This document shows, piece by piece, positions 9,528-19,839 of a stretch of 64,000 nucleotides of DNA. Location of the stretch: contig JAWLHB010000022.1 of NCBI GenBank assembly GCA_041690595.1, positions 62,001 through 126,000 of the forward strand, written 5' to 3'. This DNA is from Lentisphaeria bacterium (GTDB lineage: Bacteria > Verrucomicrobiota > Lentisphaeria > JABSQK01 > JAWLHB01). Both the position numbers and the translations under genes were made by a program. The notes beneath the pieces were generated by a model. The model was not told the DNA's origin. It did not search any database and saw only the letters and a list, made by a program, of their open reading frames with translations. Numbering within the stretch: position 1 is the stretch's first letter; each line of letters opens with the position of its first letter.

Positions 9528-10484
9528 ATGTCGGACAAGCAACCATCCTCCGATCGCGGTCATACGACCGACAGACCTATTGACATCCCCATCCGCGGGT
9601 GGAAGGAAATCGGCCTCCGCGTCAAGCAACAGCTTGGTGAGGATCATATACCCATCATCGCCGCCGGCGTCGCCTTCTACTTCTTTCTCGCGCTCTTCCC
9701 AGGAATTGCCGCTTTCCTGTCGATTTACGGACTGGTGGTGGACCCGGCGCAGGTGCAGGAGCAAATGGGCGAACTGACCGCGCTGCTTCCCCAGCAGACA
9801 CACCAGATGCTTTCCGACATTCTCGGGGGTACCGCCGAGAAGACCGACACCGCGCTTGGCTGGAGCTTGACCATCAGCCTGGCCGTGAGCCTCTGGAGTA
9901 CAAAGAAGGGGATGGGAGCAGTCTTCGAAGGAGTGAATATCGCGTATGACGAGACGGACGATCGCGGCTTCTTCGCACAGACAAGCCTGGTTCTGCTTTT
10001 CACCCTTGGCGCGATCATTACGGGGATACTTGCCCTCGGCCTGGTGTTGGCATTCCCGGCCATCGTGAACAGCCTGGGCTTGCCGGAGGTAGTGGTGACC
10101 ATCATCTCCTGGGGGCGGTGGCTGATCTTGGCCATTATCATCATGGTGGCACTGTCCACGATCTACAAGTACGCTCCAAACCGGAACAGTCCCCGCTTCC
10201 GGTGGTCCAGCTGGGGAGCCGGGCTGGCAACCGTACTCTGGATCGCGGCCTCGGCACTCTTCTCCTGGTTCGTCGGCAGCTTCGGTAACTTCGATTCGAC
10301 CTATGGAAGCTTTGCCGCGGTAATCATCCTCATGCTCTGGTTCTTCCTGACCGCCTTCTTCATTCTTCTTGGGGCGGAGATCAATTCCGAGATGGAGCAC
10401 CAGACGGCAATGGATACCACGGTGGGCGACCCGCAACCCATAGGCCAACGCGGCGCCTACCATGCAGATCGGGTCGCGCAATAG
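9528..10484 (+). CDS. YihY/virulence factor BrkB family membrane protein
   Basis: AAGVAFYFFLALFP, TYGSFAAVIILMLW and LGAEINSE motifs; multiple TM helices; start could be 9510 or 9528. Confidence 0.9.
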   Translation: MSDKQPSSDRGHTTDRPIDIPIRGWKEIGLRVKQQLGEDHIPIIAAGVAFYFFLALFPGIAAFLSIYGLVVDPAQVQEQMGELTALLPQQTHQMLSDILGGTAEKTDTALGWSLTISLAVSLWSTKKGMGAVFEGVNIAYDETDDRGFFAQTSLVLLFTLGAIITGILALGLVLAFPAIVNSLGLPEVVVTIISWGRWLILAIIIMVALSTIYKYAPNRNSPRFRWSSWGAGLATVLWIAASALFSWFVGSFGNFDSTYGSFAAVIILMLWFFLTAFFILLGAEINSEMEHQTAMDTTVGDPQPIGQRGAYHADRVAQ

Positions 10485-10486
10485 GC

Positions 10487-12709
10487 TTACGGAAGAGGCA
10501 CCGGCGCGGTACCCTCGATGATATGGCGCGTACTGGTGCGTCCGTCTTCCCCGGGCGTGAACTGCCACTGCTGCGGCGGGCTATCCGCCCATGTCAGGGT
10601 CGCGGCATCCCTGGATAGCGTGACGGCGGGAAGTTCGTCGCTCGCGCGATGCGGATAAAGCACGATCTTGAAGCGGGGCTCGTCTGAAATCACGCTGATG
10701 ACGAGACGCTGGCCGATTCCTTTGCGCAGCGCGTCCCCGCCCATGCTGTTGCGCGAGCGCATCAACTCGTACTGTTCGAGGCGGACGCGCACGACGGCGT
10801 CTTCGCGTTTCATCTCCTCTGTATGGTTGGCCTCGAGGATCTGCACGAGCAGGCGCGGCTGATCGTCTGCCGCGGAGCTGCCGAGGATGATGCGGCTGGC
10901 GGGATTGCCGTCGATCTGGAGCAGGCGCAGATCATCGGGTACCTGCATGATCCACTCATACAGATGCTCTGCCTGATCTTTGCGGACATCATCCACGATC
11001 AGCACGTATGGATGCGCGCCGCGCACCATGGCAGCGGAACGGTAGGCGTAACTCACCGGATTGTACGGCGCACGGATGGTGCCCTTCTCGCCGGGCCGAC
11101 GTGGCTCCGGCTCCCAGGCGAAGCCCTTGTTCTCCTGGTTTCCGGCGCGCCAGGCGAAGGTCCAGCGATAGTTGTAGGCATAGGCAATATCCATGGCGGC
11201 AGCAGTAAGCTCCGGCAGATCCAGATGGCCGATCAGGCTCCCTTGGGGGCAGAAGAAGCCTTGCCCCTGCCCGTCGATGAGCACCTGGCTGTGATGCTTG
11301 GCTTCCGAAATGCCATAGCCGTGTTCGATCGCCCACTTGCGCCCAAGCGCGGAAAGGGTGAAGTTGCCACGGCTGGCATGCTGATGGCCGGGACCGACAA
11401 GATCGTCGCGCGATTCGATGTGCAAGGCCATCGCCTCCTGCGTCCAATCCGTGCGGGTGATGAGAAAGCCGCGATCAGGGCAGAGAAAGGTGAGCGGCAG
11501 GTCGAGCGCGACTCCAGAGGCTTCCCAAGCACCCCGCTGACGATGAACATCGACGCCCCACTGGCTGATATCGGCGGGAGCCAGCGGCCCGCTACTCTCC
11601 TGCCAGTCCGAGGGAAAGAGCGCGGCAGTCAGAAAGTCGCCGCGATAGTTGATGCCGGAATAATCGTCACGCACACGATTCCGCCAGACAAAGTCGATGA
11701 CCGGCTCTTCCGGGAAAACCCACTTCTGCATGACATAGTTGCCGAGCAGGCCACCCGTATCCTGGGGCGTATCGCCATGCTGGGAGAAGGCGTAGCCGAA
11801 CGGCTCCATGGAGTGCACCGCCCACAGGCTGGTCCGTGCATAATGAGGGTGGGAAAAGAGATCCATCTGCCGTTTTGCCATGGCGACCAGCGCGATGGAG
11901 CCATGGTCCATGCCGAAGTTGTAATAGTGCATCCCTTCCGTGGGCGCGCCGCTCTCGTAGATACCATAGGTGAGGAAATCCCTCATCAGCTCGAAGCTCT
12001 TCGGCAGGATGGTCGCGTCGTAACCTTCTTCCCCTTCGATCGAGAGAGCCAGAAGGAGCAGCGCCGTACCGTGCGGCATCCAGTTGTAGTTGCGATCTTC
12101 CGGCTTGAAGTCGGTCCCCATGCCATGGGACTCCTTGCCGACGGTGGCCGTGGCAATCACCTGCCGAACCGTATTGCGGTCGGATTCGGACATATAGTTG
12201 TACGCAAAGTCGTAAGCCAGACCGAGCAGATAGTCGGGGTTGATGGATTTGTGGCCGTGCGGCGTATGGACGCCCCCGCTCAGCGTGGCGTAGGCCGTCA
12301 GCGCTCGCCCACAACGCTCGCCACGAGGCGCATCATCTGTAATCAATGCATCAAACGCCTCAAAGCAGAGCGCGAGCGGAATCTGGTTGCGCCACCAGTC
12401 ATTCTCCGCCTCCGTGTAAGCTTCCGGACGTCCTTCGACAAATCCCGCGTAAACCTTCCCAAGGGGTGCTTCCTGGCGATGCACCGCGTAGTCCTGCCAC
12501 TGGCGAATGCAGGCGATCGCCCGCCGCCCGCAGGCCGTTGTCTCCAGACGTTGTCGCAACACCGGCAGCTCGGATGGACTGATGAGCACACGCGGGTGTA
12601 CGCCGACAGCAGGTGGAGGAGCAAACTCCGTGGGTTCAGCCGCGGGCATGGCAACGCTCCCGGCGAACAGCAACAGCAGATAGACAAGGTATCGAGACTG
12701 ACATGACAT
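10487..12709 (-). CDS. Secreted heparinase II/III-like polysaccharide-lyase-fold protein
   Basis: Signal peptide, HPRVLIS N-terminus, YNW, GAPTEGMHYY, GDT, RTDW, GHQHASRGNF, HSQVLIDGQGQ. Confidence 0.7.
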   Translation of the reverse strand: MSCQSRYLVYLLLLFAGSVAMPAAEPTEFAPPPAVGVHPRVLISPSELPVLRQRLETTACGRRAIACIRQWQDYAVHRQEAPLGKVYAGFVEGRPEAYTEAENDWWRNQIPLALCFEAFDALITDDAPRGERCGRALTAYATLSGGVHTPHGHKSINPDYLLGLAYDFAYNYMSESDRNTVRQVIATATVGKESHGMGTDFKPEDRNYNWMPHGTALLLLALSIEGEEGYDATILPKSFELMRDFLTYGIYESGAPTEGMHYYNFGMDHGSIALVAMAKRQMDLFSHPHYARTSLWAVHSMEPFGYAFSQHGDTPQDTGGLLGNYVMQKWVFPEEPVIDFVWRNRVRDDYSGINYRGDFLTAALFPSDWQESSGPLAPADISQWGVDVHRQRGAWEASGVALDLPLTFLCPDRGFLITRTDWTQEAMALHIESRDDLVGPGHQHASRGNFTLSALGRKWAIEHGYGISEAKHHSQVLIDGQGQGFFCPQGSLIGHLDLPELTAAAMDIAYAYNYRWTFAWRAGNQENKGFAWEPEPRRPGEKGTIRAPYNPVSYAYRSAAMVRGAHPYVLIVDDVRKDQAEHLYEWIMQVPDDLRLLQIDGNPASRIILGSSAADDQPRLLVQILEANHTEEMKREDAVVRVRLEQYELMRSRNSMGGDALRKGIGQRLVISVISDEPRFKIVLYPHRASDELPAVTLSRDAATLTWADSPPQQWQFTPGEDGRTSTRHIIEGTAPVPLP

Positions 12710-12794
12710 TCTTGATCTCCAGATATGAGTTGGTGAACGATACGCGCAAAACCTGACTGCGCAAGCGACTGCTCCGTAACGCCTCCACCGAAAC

Positions 12795-12821
12795 CGTCCG
12801 ACTCGTCCGACTCGTCCGACT
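12795..12821. repeat. Intergenic 9-bp tandem repeat (CGTCCGACT)x3
   Basis: Three perfect units read directly. Confidence 0.85.
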
Positions 12822-12934
12822 CAGCGCGAATGAAATCTGTTTTAATACTGTATCGTAACACTTTGGGGTGCCTGAATCCGAGCGTGATGCATCCTTTCGT
12901 GGAGAATCCTCGGCCTAATTATACCATATTGTTT

Positions 12935-12962
12935 TTGCACTTGTCAGAAACACTCGTATAGT
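12935..12962 (+). promoter_or_regulatory. Putative sigma-70 promoter for the prepilin-led operon
   Basis: TTGCAC-N16-TATAGT in an AT-rich stretch. Confidence 0.45.
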
Positions 12963-13031
12963 AGGTGAAACAGATGCGTTGCCGGAGTTGAGTTGCTGGA
13001 TCCACTTCTAAATGAACAGGAGAACAGCCCG

Positions 13032-13760
13032 ATGCTGTGTTCCACCCGAAAGCTTCGTCCCTTTACCCTGATCGAACTGCTGGTCGTCGTCGCCATCATA
13101 TCCGTTCTGGCGTCGATGCTACTGCCTGCCTTGAGTCAGGCGCGCTTCACGGCCCGGAAAGCGAAGTGCATGAACAACATGAAGCAGTACGGCCTGGCAC
13201 TGGCGATGTACATGGACGATTTCGGTCCCAACTGCATGTCCGGCTGGCAGCACGGCCCCGGCAACTACTGGATGCCTAACAACCGCGATACGATGTGGAC
13301 CTATTCCTGGAATTGGGACGAAGTGGCGGAGCTGTACTTGGGCAGCAAGAGTCACCCAACCCTCTGGTGTCCAACTCAGTCCAAGGCGGCTTTTGGCGCC
13401 AATACGGGCTACAACCTCACCTTCAGCGTCGGCCAGACAAACACCTCGGTAAACTATCCGGGAGCCGGATGGCTCGTCTACAACCCGGCGCAGAAGCGGT
13501 ACGGTCATGGCGTCGACTCCGGCTTGAACGCCATTGCCAGTCGCGACAACGATGATCTTCAAGGCGCGGCGGTGCTTGTGGACACCACGCACCATCCGAC
13601 GGATATCTGGTACGAGCGCGGGAAAGTGTCACATCAGCAAGGTGGAATCGCGGCAGGGCAGAACGCTCTGCTGTGGGACGGCCGGGTGATCTGGCGCAGC
13701 CTGTACCACGGGCAGACGTACTGGGCAAGCGGCGAACTCTTCCCCATCGTGGATCGCTAA
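13032..13760 (+). CDS. Prepilin-type N-terminal cleavage/methylation domain protein (DUF1559-like)
   Basis: [33 protein letters not shown]...CMNNMKQ; C-terminal H...[17 protein letters not shown] before ATG 13032. Confidence 0.9.
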   Translation: MLCSTRKLRPFTLIELLVVVAIISVLASMLLPALSQARFTARKAKCMNNMKQYGLALAMYMDDFGPNCMSGWQHGPGNYWMPNNRDTMWTYSWNWDEVAELYLGSKSHPTLWCPTQSKAAFGANTGYNLTFSVGQTNTSVNYPGAGWLVYNPAQKRYGHGVDSGLNAIASRDNDDLQGAAVLVDTTHHPTDIWYERGKVSHQQGGIAAGQNALLWDGRVIWRSLYHGQTYWASGELFPIVDR

Positions 13761-15781
13761 TGGCAGCAATCCAGGATGACGTGGTGCAACGGGAGCGTGC
13801 CTTCGCGGGCTGCCACTACCAGGAGGCCCTGAGGCCCACCGCGGAGTGGCTGCGGCAGGCAGAAGTCATCGCGACCGGCAGCATCTACTTCTACGACACG
13901 GAGCCCATCGCCATCGGGCTGGAAAACATCGACTGGCACGCCGGTCACCGGCAGCATCAGGAGTGGCGAGCGCAGCTCAATCGCTTCGGCTTCCTGACGC
14001 CGCTGGCGATTGCGTACCGGGAGACCGGCGAGGAGCGCTTCGCGGCCGCGGCCCGCGCCTACATCGAAGACTGGATGCGTTTTGCCGCCGCAACGGCCGC
14101 CAGCGATGGAGAGCCCTTCTATTGCTCGCCGCTCTGCCTGAGCATCCGGGTTGGCACCAGTCATCATGTCGGCTGGTGCGGCACCTTGCCGCTCTTCGCG
14201 GGAAGCGTTGCCTATGATGACGATTTCGTGCAGCGGCTGCTGGCGAGTGTGACGGAGCAGTTGACCTGGCTGCGAACGCACCTGACGCCCCTCGGCAACA
14301 TGCGTGTCAGCGAATTCGACGCCCTCCTCTTCACCGCCTTGCGCCTGCCGGCTCTGCACGAGATTGCGGCGCACCAGGATGAGGCAAGGCGCGGCTTGCG
14401 GAACGCCTTGCGTACCCAGTTTCTGGCGGATGGCGCGCACGTGGAGTTGTCCCCTTCCTATGGAGGATGGATGACGCGGGTGCTGGCCGACTATGCCTGG
14501 CTGCAGCAATGCCTGCCCGAGCTGGATCTGGGCATCGGCATCGCCCAGGTGGAGCGGGCGCTCTGTTACATGACGCACGGGCTGCGCTTCCCCGTCAACG
14601 ATTGCTGGCGCCCCGACGATTCTTCCGGCGAGCAACGCCAACTGGAGTTGAGCAGGCGGTTGATACAACGTCTCGACCCAAGCCGCGGTGCGGACTGGAT
14701 GCCCCCGCGCGACGCCGTCTTTCCAAGAGCCGGGCAGCTCTTTCTGCGCACGGGCTGGAGCAACGACAGCGCGAGCATTGGCATGGATATCTCCGGCTGG
14801 GGCGGTTCGCATGCGCATGCCAGTCGCCTGGCGATCAATTTCCACCACGGCGGCCGGGAGCTGCTGGCGGACCCCGGCATCCTGGATTACGAGATGCGTA
14901 ATCCTCTGGCGGCATACGGCAAATGGACCCGCGCCCACACGACGATCTCCCTCGACGGCATGAACCAGGGCCCCAGTCGCGCCCACTTGTTGCGCGAGGA
15001 GCAACATGACCGCTTTGCCCTGGTGCATGGCAGGTACGATGGCGGCTACTGGGATGGCCCGCTGACCTGGGGCTTTCGCGAAGGTTGCGGCAAAGGTACG
15101 CATGGTATTCATGACCGCATCATCTGGTGGCTCAGAGACGACTACCTGCTGGTGCTCGATCTGCTCGTGGCGCAACTGGGGTCGGACGTGCACAACGTTT
15201 GGCAGCTTGGCCCCATGGACGGCGTGCGGACGGATGCCGACCAGCTCTCCGTGCACACCACGAACGCGGAGACCAATCTGTTGCTGCGCATGGTCCTGGC
15301 GCCTGACGAGTGCGTGATGAGCTGCGAGCAGGGGCAGCTTTCCCCGCCTGCCGGTTGGGTTGGCTCGTCATTTCGCGGAGCGAAGCAGGTGCCGGCGCCG
15401 CAGGTGGTCTACCGCTACCCTGCCGGACGCCCCGCGGGAGGAATCTCGGCGGTCCTGGCCATGCCCTTTGCAGGTAGCGAGGTACCCCAGGTGCGCGTCG
15501 TGCGACAGGCGGCATCATCCGGAGGCATCTCGCAATATCTGGTGCTCGACTTCGGCGATGGCCGACGCGACTATCTGGGCTGGTCGCCGCAACTGGTGCA
15601 AGCCGTCGAGTTGGACCGGGAGGTGGAAACCGATGCAACCTTTTTCTGGGTGCGACAGGAGAACGGCGGCCCCCCACGCGAAGGCTTTCTTCTCGACGGC
15701 GCCTACCTGCGCATACCCGAGCTGCATGCAGACGACATTCGCCCCGAAGAATCCTATTTCAACCATGGATGTGAGACATGA
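13760..15781 (+). CDS. Heparinase II/III family protein
   Basis: QEWRAQLNRF, DGAHVELSPSY, LRTGW, HAHASRL, LADPG and AHTTISLDG motifs; ATG overlaps the upstream stop (TAATG). Confidence 0.85.
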   Translation: MAAIQDDVVQRERAFAGCHYQEALRPTAEWLRQAEVIATGSIYFYDTEPIAIGLENIDWHAGHRQHQEWRAQLNRFGFLTPLAIAYRETGEERFAAAARAYIEDWMRFAAATAASDGEPFYCSPLCLSIRVGTSHHVGWCGTLPLFAGSVAYDDDFVQRLLASVTEQLTWLRTHLTPLGNMRVSEFDALLFTALRLPALHEIAAHQDEARRGLRNALRTQFLADGAHVELSPSYGGWMTRVLADYAWLQQCLPELDLGIGIAQVERALCYMTHGLRFPVNDCWRPDDSSGEQRQLELSRRLIQRLDPSRGADWMPPRDAVFPRAGQLFLRTGWSNDSASIGMDISGWGGSHAHASRLAINFHHGGRELLADPGILDYEMRNPLAAYGKWTRAHTTISLDGMNQGPSRAHLLREEQHDRFALVHGRYDGGYWDGPLTWGFREGCGKGTHGIHDRIIWWLRDDYLLVLDLLVAQLGSDVHNVWQLGPMDGVRTDADQLSVHTTNAETNLLLRMVLAPDECVMSCEQGQLSPPAGWVGSSFRGAKQVPAPQVVYRYPAGRPAGGISAVLAMPFAGSEVPQVRVVRQAASSGGISQYLVLDFGDGRRDYLGWSPQLVQAVELDREVETDATFFWVRQENGGPPREGFLLDGAYLRIPELHADDIRPEESYFNHGCET

Positions 15782-17967
15782 GAGCGAGATTGTTTGCCCT
15801 GGCCGTGATGATGACGATAATGCTCTCGACGAGTGCCGCGGAACCGCAATGGCTCCATCCGTGGCAGCATGAACTGAGCGCCTGGCTGAAGAGCCTGTCG
15901 ACTGATGACCTGATGACGGAAGTGCTGCCCATCGATCCGGAAGCGCTGAAGAGTGTCGACGACCTCTTCGCGGCAAGTCAGGGATACGGAGACATGCATG
16001 TGAGCATGATCGCGGGCATCGCCGCCATTCCCGCCGAAGCCTTCACCTGGTCTGGGATCTGGCAGGCGGAGCTGCCGCTGGAGCAGGCCGCGCTGAAGGA
16101 TGCGCACCATGGCCTGACCAGCGGCCAGATCGTTATCCCGAGTCAGCCCAACGCGGCAAACTGGGTGGGCTGGGCTTATACGAACGAGCGTTCCTGGAAC
16201 ACGTATCGCGGCAATGCCGCAATGGCCCGTCGTGCCGCGGTGATCTCGATCGTCGACCTGATGATGCAGGCCGAGAATCATTATCACTACCACGATCCGG
16301 CGAGCAGCCGGGAGGGCCAGCGCTATGGTCTGCACCAGGGAATCATGGGCTTCACCTTGACCTTCAATGCGCTGACACTGCTGCAGGTGCAGGATATCCT
16401 GCCGGAGGAAGCGCGCGTGGCCTGGCGCACGGGCCTCAAATTCATGTTCGGCGAAACCGTCAAGCGGCCGCCGACAGGACCCGCAAACATGCGCATCAGT
16501 CTGCCGGTCGCCCTCTTCTACGCCTGGCTGGCGACAGAGGATCCGGATTATCTGACCTGGTACAACGACTGGGAGCAGAAGGTGGTCTTCGGCTCGACCT
16601 GGGATCCGGCGGGAATCTACCTGGACGGGGGCGCTCCGGATGCGTCCTACAACGGCATCGCCCTGCATCGGGTGGCCGAGCTCTATGCAATCAATCGCTC
16701 AGACCGACTTCGCGGTCTGCTGAAACAAGCCTATTCTCTGCGCAACCACATGTCACTACCGGAGCCGGATGGTCACTCCCTCGCGCCGAGCCACTTCAAC
16801 GACCGCTGCGCCTCATCCTTCCCCAACGACCAGTACAGCGGGCGGGAAGTGATCTTTGCGCTGGACGTGCCGGAAGCGCTGCCCGCCCTGAAGAAGTCGT
16901 GGCGGATGCTGCCGCCGGAAGCGCTGATCCCGCGCATCGTCAAGGCGTCCGCGACTCCGTCCAAGCGAACCGTGTTGCCGCACATGTGGGGCAAGGTGCG
17001 GCTTCATGACTGGCAGGCGGTGCTGGCCCTGCCATACGCCATGTACCATCAATCCATTCCGGACCTGCGGGAAGCGATGGCGCAGGCCCCGCCACTCCCG
17101 GCGGAGAGCGAAGAACGCTACGCGCGCAGCTTCAACGACCACTTCTTTGCGGTCAAGCGCCCCGGCTATGCGGCCCTCTTCTATGCGGGGCCCGTCAGCG
17201 GTTCGGATGCGGGACGGACCAACTATCGCAACATGCTGTCGGATCGCGGCGGCATGTTCAATGGCTTCGCGGGGGGCGGTCTCTCCGCCTTTTGGGTGCA
17301 AGGCGCGGGAAGCATGCTGCTGGGGAGGATGAACCAGTACGAAAACTACGAGCGCATCTCGGTGACTCTGGATTGGGGCACCTACGCGATCCCCGGATGG
17401 CAGGACTGGATGAACAATCATGTGATCGGCCTTACCCGCGACGGCAAGATCCTCACCTCCGCCCGTTGCTCCAAACCCGAGGGCAGGCTGAATGACGATG
17501 GCGAAGGCCTGACCATTCGCGGCACCGTGCCCAACCAGATGAAGCGACAGGGAGTCCTGTTCGACGGTACCCTCGCTTTCACCCGCCACTACACCTTTCT
17601 CGACGACCGCCTGACCACCCGGCTCGACCTGATGAGCGATACGACGCTGGAGCTGGAGTCGCTCTATGAAACCCTCCCCGTACGGATCGCCGAAGACACG
17701 ACCATGCTCTTTGCCGACGGCGATGGCCGTCCACTGACGCCGGCAGCCGAGCGCGTGGAGAATGTGCGCACCATCCAGCTGCGCCGCGGCGAACATGGCG
17801 TCGACATTACCTTCCCGGCGCCTGTAAGCCTTGCGCTGATCGGCGAAACAACGAAGTCGAAGCAGGCCGGCCCAGCCGTCCATGTGCGGGCGGTGCATGT
17901 GGTTCTGCCGTCGACACTGCCGGAAGGCAAGGCGGTCTCGCTGACCTACGAGCTGAAGGCTCTCTGA
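15778..17967 (+). CDS. Secreted hypothetical protein (possibly helical toroid + beta-sandwich lyase-like)
   Basis: Signal peptide, ATGA overlap with upstream gene, 729 aa; GIYLDGGAPDASYNG is only weakly lyase-like. Confidence 0.6.
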   Translation: MRARLFALAVMMTIMLSTSAAEPQWLHPWQHELSAWLKSLSTDDLMTEVLPIDPEALKSVDDLFAASQGYGDMHVSMIAGIAAIPAEAFTWSGIWQAELPLEQAALKDAHHGLTSGQIVIPSQPNAANWVGWAYTNERSWNTYRGNAAMARRAAVISIVDLMMQAENHYHYHDPASSREGQRYGLHQGIMGFTLTFNALTLLQVQDILPEEARVAWRTGLKFMFGETVKRPPTGPANMRISLPVALFYAWLATEDPDYLTWYNDWEQKVVFGSTWDPAGIYLDGGAPDASYNGIALHRVAELYAINRSDRLRGLLKQAYSLRNHMSLPEPDGHSLAPSHFNDRCASSFPNDQYSGREVIFALDVPEALPALKKSWRMLPPEALIPRIVKASATPSKRTVLPHMWGKVRLHDWQAVLALPYAMYHQSIPDLREAMAQAPPLPAESEERYARSFNDHFFAVKRPGYAALFYAGPVSGSDAGRTNYRNMLSDRGGMFNGFAGGGLSAFWVQGAGSMLLGRMNQYENYERISVTLDWGTYAIPGWQDWMNNHVIGLTRDGKILTSARCSKPEGRLNDDGEGLTIRGTVPNQMKRQGVLFDGTLAFTRHYTFLDDRLTTRLDLMSDTTLELESLYETLPVRIAEDTTMLFADGDGRPLTPAAERVENVRTIQLRRGEHGVDITFPAPVSLALIGETTKSKQAGPAVHVRAVHVVLPSTLPEGKAVSLTYELKAL

Positions 17968-18855
17968 TCAGTCGCGCGCTTTGACGGGGCCTTCGCTGAT
18001 CTGCATCTCCAGATGGTCGAAGATCTCGTCATACTGCACCAGCACCGGCACGTCGATGGGCGGCAACGGGATCCCCTGTCCCTGGATGAAGGCCCAGTGC
18101 CCACGCATACAATTGCGCGCATCCACGTAGCCATTGATGTAGAGGCAGCGATCCATCACAGTGCTTTGGTTGGGGCCGGATCCATGGATGACATCCACAT
18201 GCCAGAGCGCCACGTCGCCGGGTTCAGCGTAGAGCGGCAGGAGATCGGCATCGGAGTAGCCGGCCGAAGCCAACAGCTCACTGCTCACCTGTCCTGAGCC
18301 GAAGTGGCCACCTTTGGGCGGCGCGAAGGGTTTCGGGTCGATGTGGCTGCCCGGAACCACCAGGAGTGCCCCGTTCTCCGCGGTCATGGGGTCGATGCTG
18401 ATGCCGGTCTGGATGTAGCTGGTGGCGAGGTTGCGGAACGCCTCCGGCGGGTTCCGGTTCTGCCGGTCCCGGTGGTAGTTGACCGAGAAGGTGGAGCCCG
18501 GCGTCTTCCAGTGAAGCTGGTTGATGATCTGCCGCACGTTGTTACCTATCAGCGGCTTCAGGATCGAAAGCATGCGGGGATCCCGGCGCATCCGTTCCAG
18601 CTCTGCCTCCTGATAGCTTGGCCACTGCATGCCGATGACATTGGGGCCAATATTCGGATCGTCCGCCAGCCAGTAGGCCATGTTCCCCTGACGGAAGGGC
18701 TTGCCGACCTCGTAGCCGCGTTGCTTGACCCTATCGGTGGCTGCCTTGGCGGCAGCCGCCTCCTCCGGCGTGAAGACGCTCTTGAAGAGGGCATATCCGT
18801 GCTTGTGGTAATAAGCGGCGGCAGCAGTCGATTCTTTGAGCGTAAAGCTGGTCAT
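17968..18855 (-). CDS. Phytanoyl-CoA dioxygenase (PhyH) family Fe(II)/2-oxoglutarate oxygenase
   Basis: HGYALFKSVF, HRD (HxD), ENGALLVVPGSH, PGDVALWH, IHGSGPN...R. Confidence 0.9.
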   Translation of the reverse strand: MTSFTLKESTAAAAYYHKHGYALFKSVFTPEEAAAAKAATDRVKQRGYEVGKPFRQGNMAYWLADDPNIGPNVIGMQWPSYQEAELERMRRDPRMLSILKPLIGNNVRQIINQLHWKTPGSTFSVNYHRDRQNRNPPEAFRNLATSYIQTGISIDPMTAENGALLVVPGSHIDPKPFAPPKGGHFGSGQVSSELLASAGYSDADLLPLYAEPGDVALWHVDVIHGSGPNQSTVMDRCLYINGYVDARNCMRGHWAFIQGQGIPLPPIDVPVLVQYDEIFDHLEMQISEGPVKARD

Positions 18856-18927
18856 GGGGGCCTCCCTGGTCGCAGGTCGTGAAGCGTAGAATGCAGATAG
18901 TGCAAAAACTATAGATCAAGTCGCGAA

Positions 18928-19066
18928 AGACATCAATATGGAAATAGTTCCACAATGATGAACTGGTGTTCCGACTCCCTCCTTTCCGCCGCCGCAGCCT
19001 CGAAGATTTTCTTCAAGGGAAGATTGACATCCCGAAATGATAGGGAATCTTTTATCTATGATGAAC
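18928..19066. promoter_or_regulatory. Candidate IclR operator boxes
   Basis: GTTCCACAATGATGAAC (18947-18963), related TTTCCATATTGATGTCT (minus strand, 18928-18944) and TTTTATCTATGATGAAC (19050-19066); TTGACA at 19024. Confidence 0.45.
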
Positions 19067-19086
19067 GACTTCAACGATGGTGAATC

Positions 19087-19839
19087 ATGATACAATCGCT
19101 GGAACGGGCCTTCTGCCTGCTGGAACTCCTTGACGCAGCGGGAACCGTCGGCCTGGGACTGACGGAACTGGCGGAGCGGGCCGGCCTCAAAGCGTCGACC
19201 ACGCGGAACTTCCTTTCGTCGATGGTCGATCTGGGCTACGTCCGGCAGGATCTGGGGACACGCCGATACTATCTGGGCGCGCGGGCCCAGGCGTTGGGGA
19301 CCCGCGAGTTCAAGCTGGAGAAGTTGCGGGCGGCAGCCGTGCCGGTGGTGGAGGCGCTTCAGGAAGAGGTGCGCGAGACCGTCCTGCTGGCCTGCTGGGA
19401 CAATGGTCTGCGGCGGACACTGGTGACAGCCGAAAGCGATCATGCGCTGAAGGTGGGGGCAACTCTCAGCGCCGATACCTCTTTTTACACGACGGCGACC
19501 GGCCGCCTCCTCCTCGGCCTCATCACGCCGGCTGAGCGGGGAGAACTGATACAGCAGCTGGGGCTGCCGACGGCGGAGGTCTGGCCCGAGGCAGCGGATC
19601 CCGCGGCACTGGCAGAGCAGCTTGACGCCTGCACGCGTGCGGGAAGCTGTGTCTACGACCGCAAGGGGAGCCATATCATGGCCTTGGCAACAGCGGTGCC
19701 GCTCCCGACTGGCGGCCTGCGCGCCGCCTTGGGCCTCTACTATCCGAGCGTGCGCGACCAGCCTGGTCGCCGCGACAAATTACTGGTGCGGCTGCAACGC
19801 GCAGCCGAACGAATCCAAGAAGCATACCAAAGGAGTTAG
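19087..19839 (+). CDS. IclR-family transcriptional regulator
   Basis: IQSLERAFCLLELL, LTELAERAGLKASTT HTH, GYV.QD...RYYLG, YTTATGRLLL. Confidence 0.92.
   Translation: MIQSLERAFCLLELLDAAGTVGLGLTELAERAGLKASTTRNFLSSMVDLGYVRQDLGTRRYYLGARAQALGTREFKLEKLRAAAVPVVEALQEEVRETVLLACWDNGLRRTLVTAESDHALKVGATLSADTSFYTTATGRLLLGLITPAERGELIQQLGLPTAEVWPEAADPAALAEQLDACTRAGSCVYDRKGSHIMALATAVPLPTGGLRAALGLYYPSVRDQPGRRDKLLVRLQRAAERIQEAYQRS

Noticed and set aside
12343..12861. 172-aa minus-strand ORF containing SDESDESD
   Set aside because: TTG start, overlaps the 10487-12709 gene in another frame; the motif is just the translated 9-bp repeat
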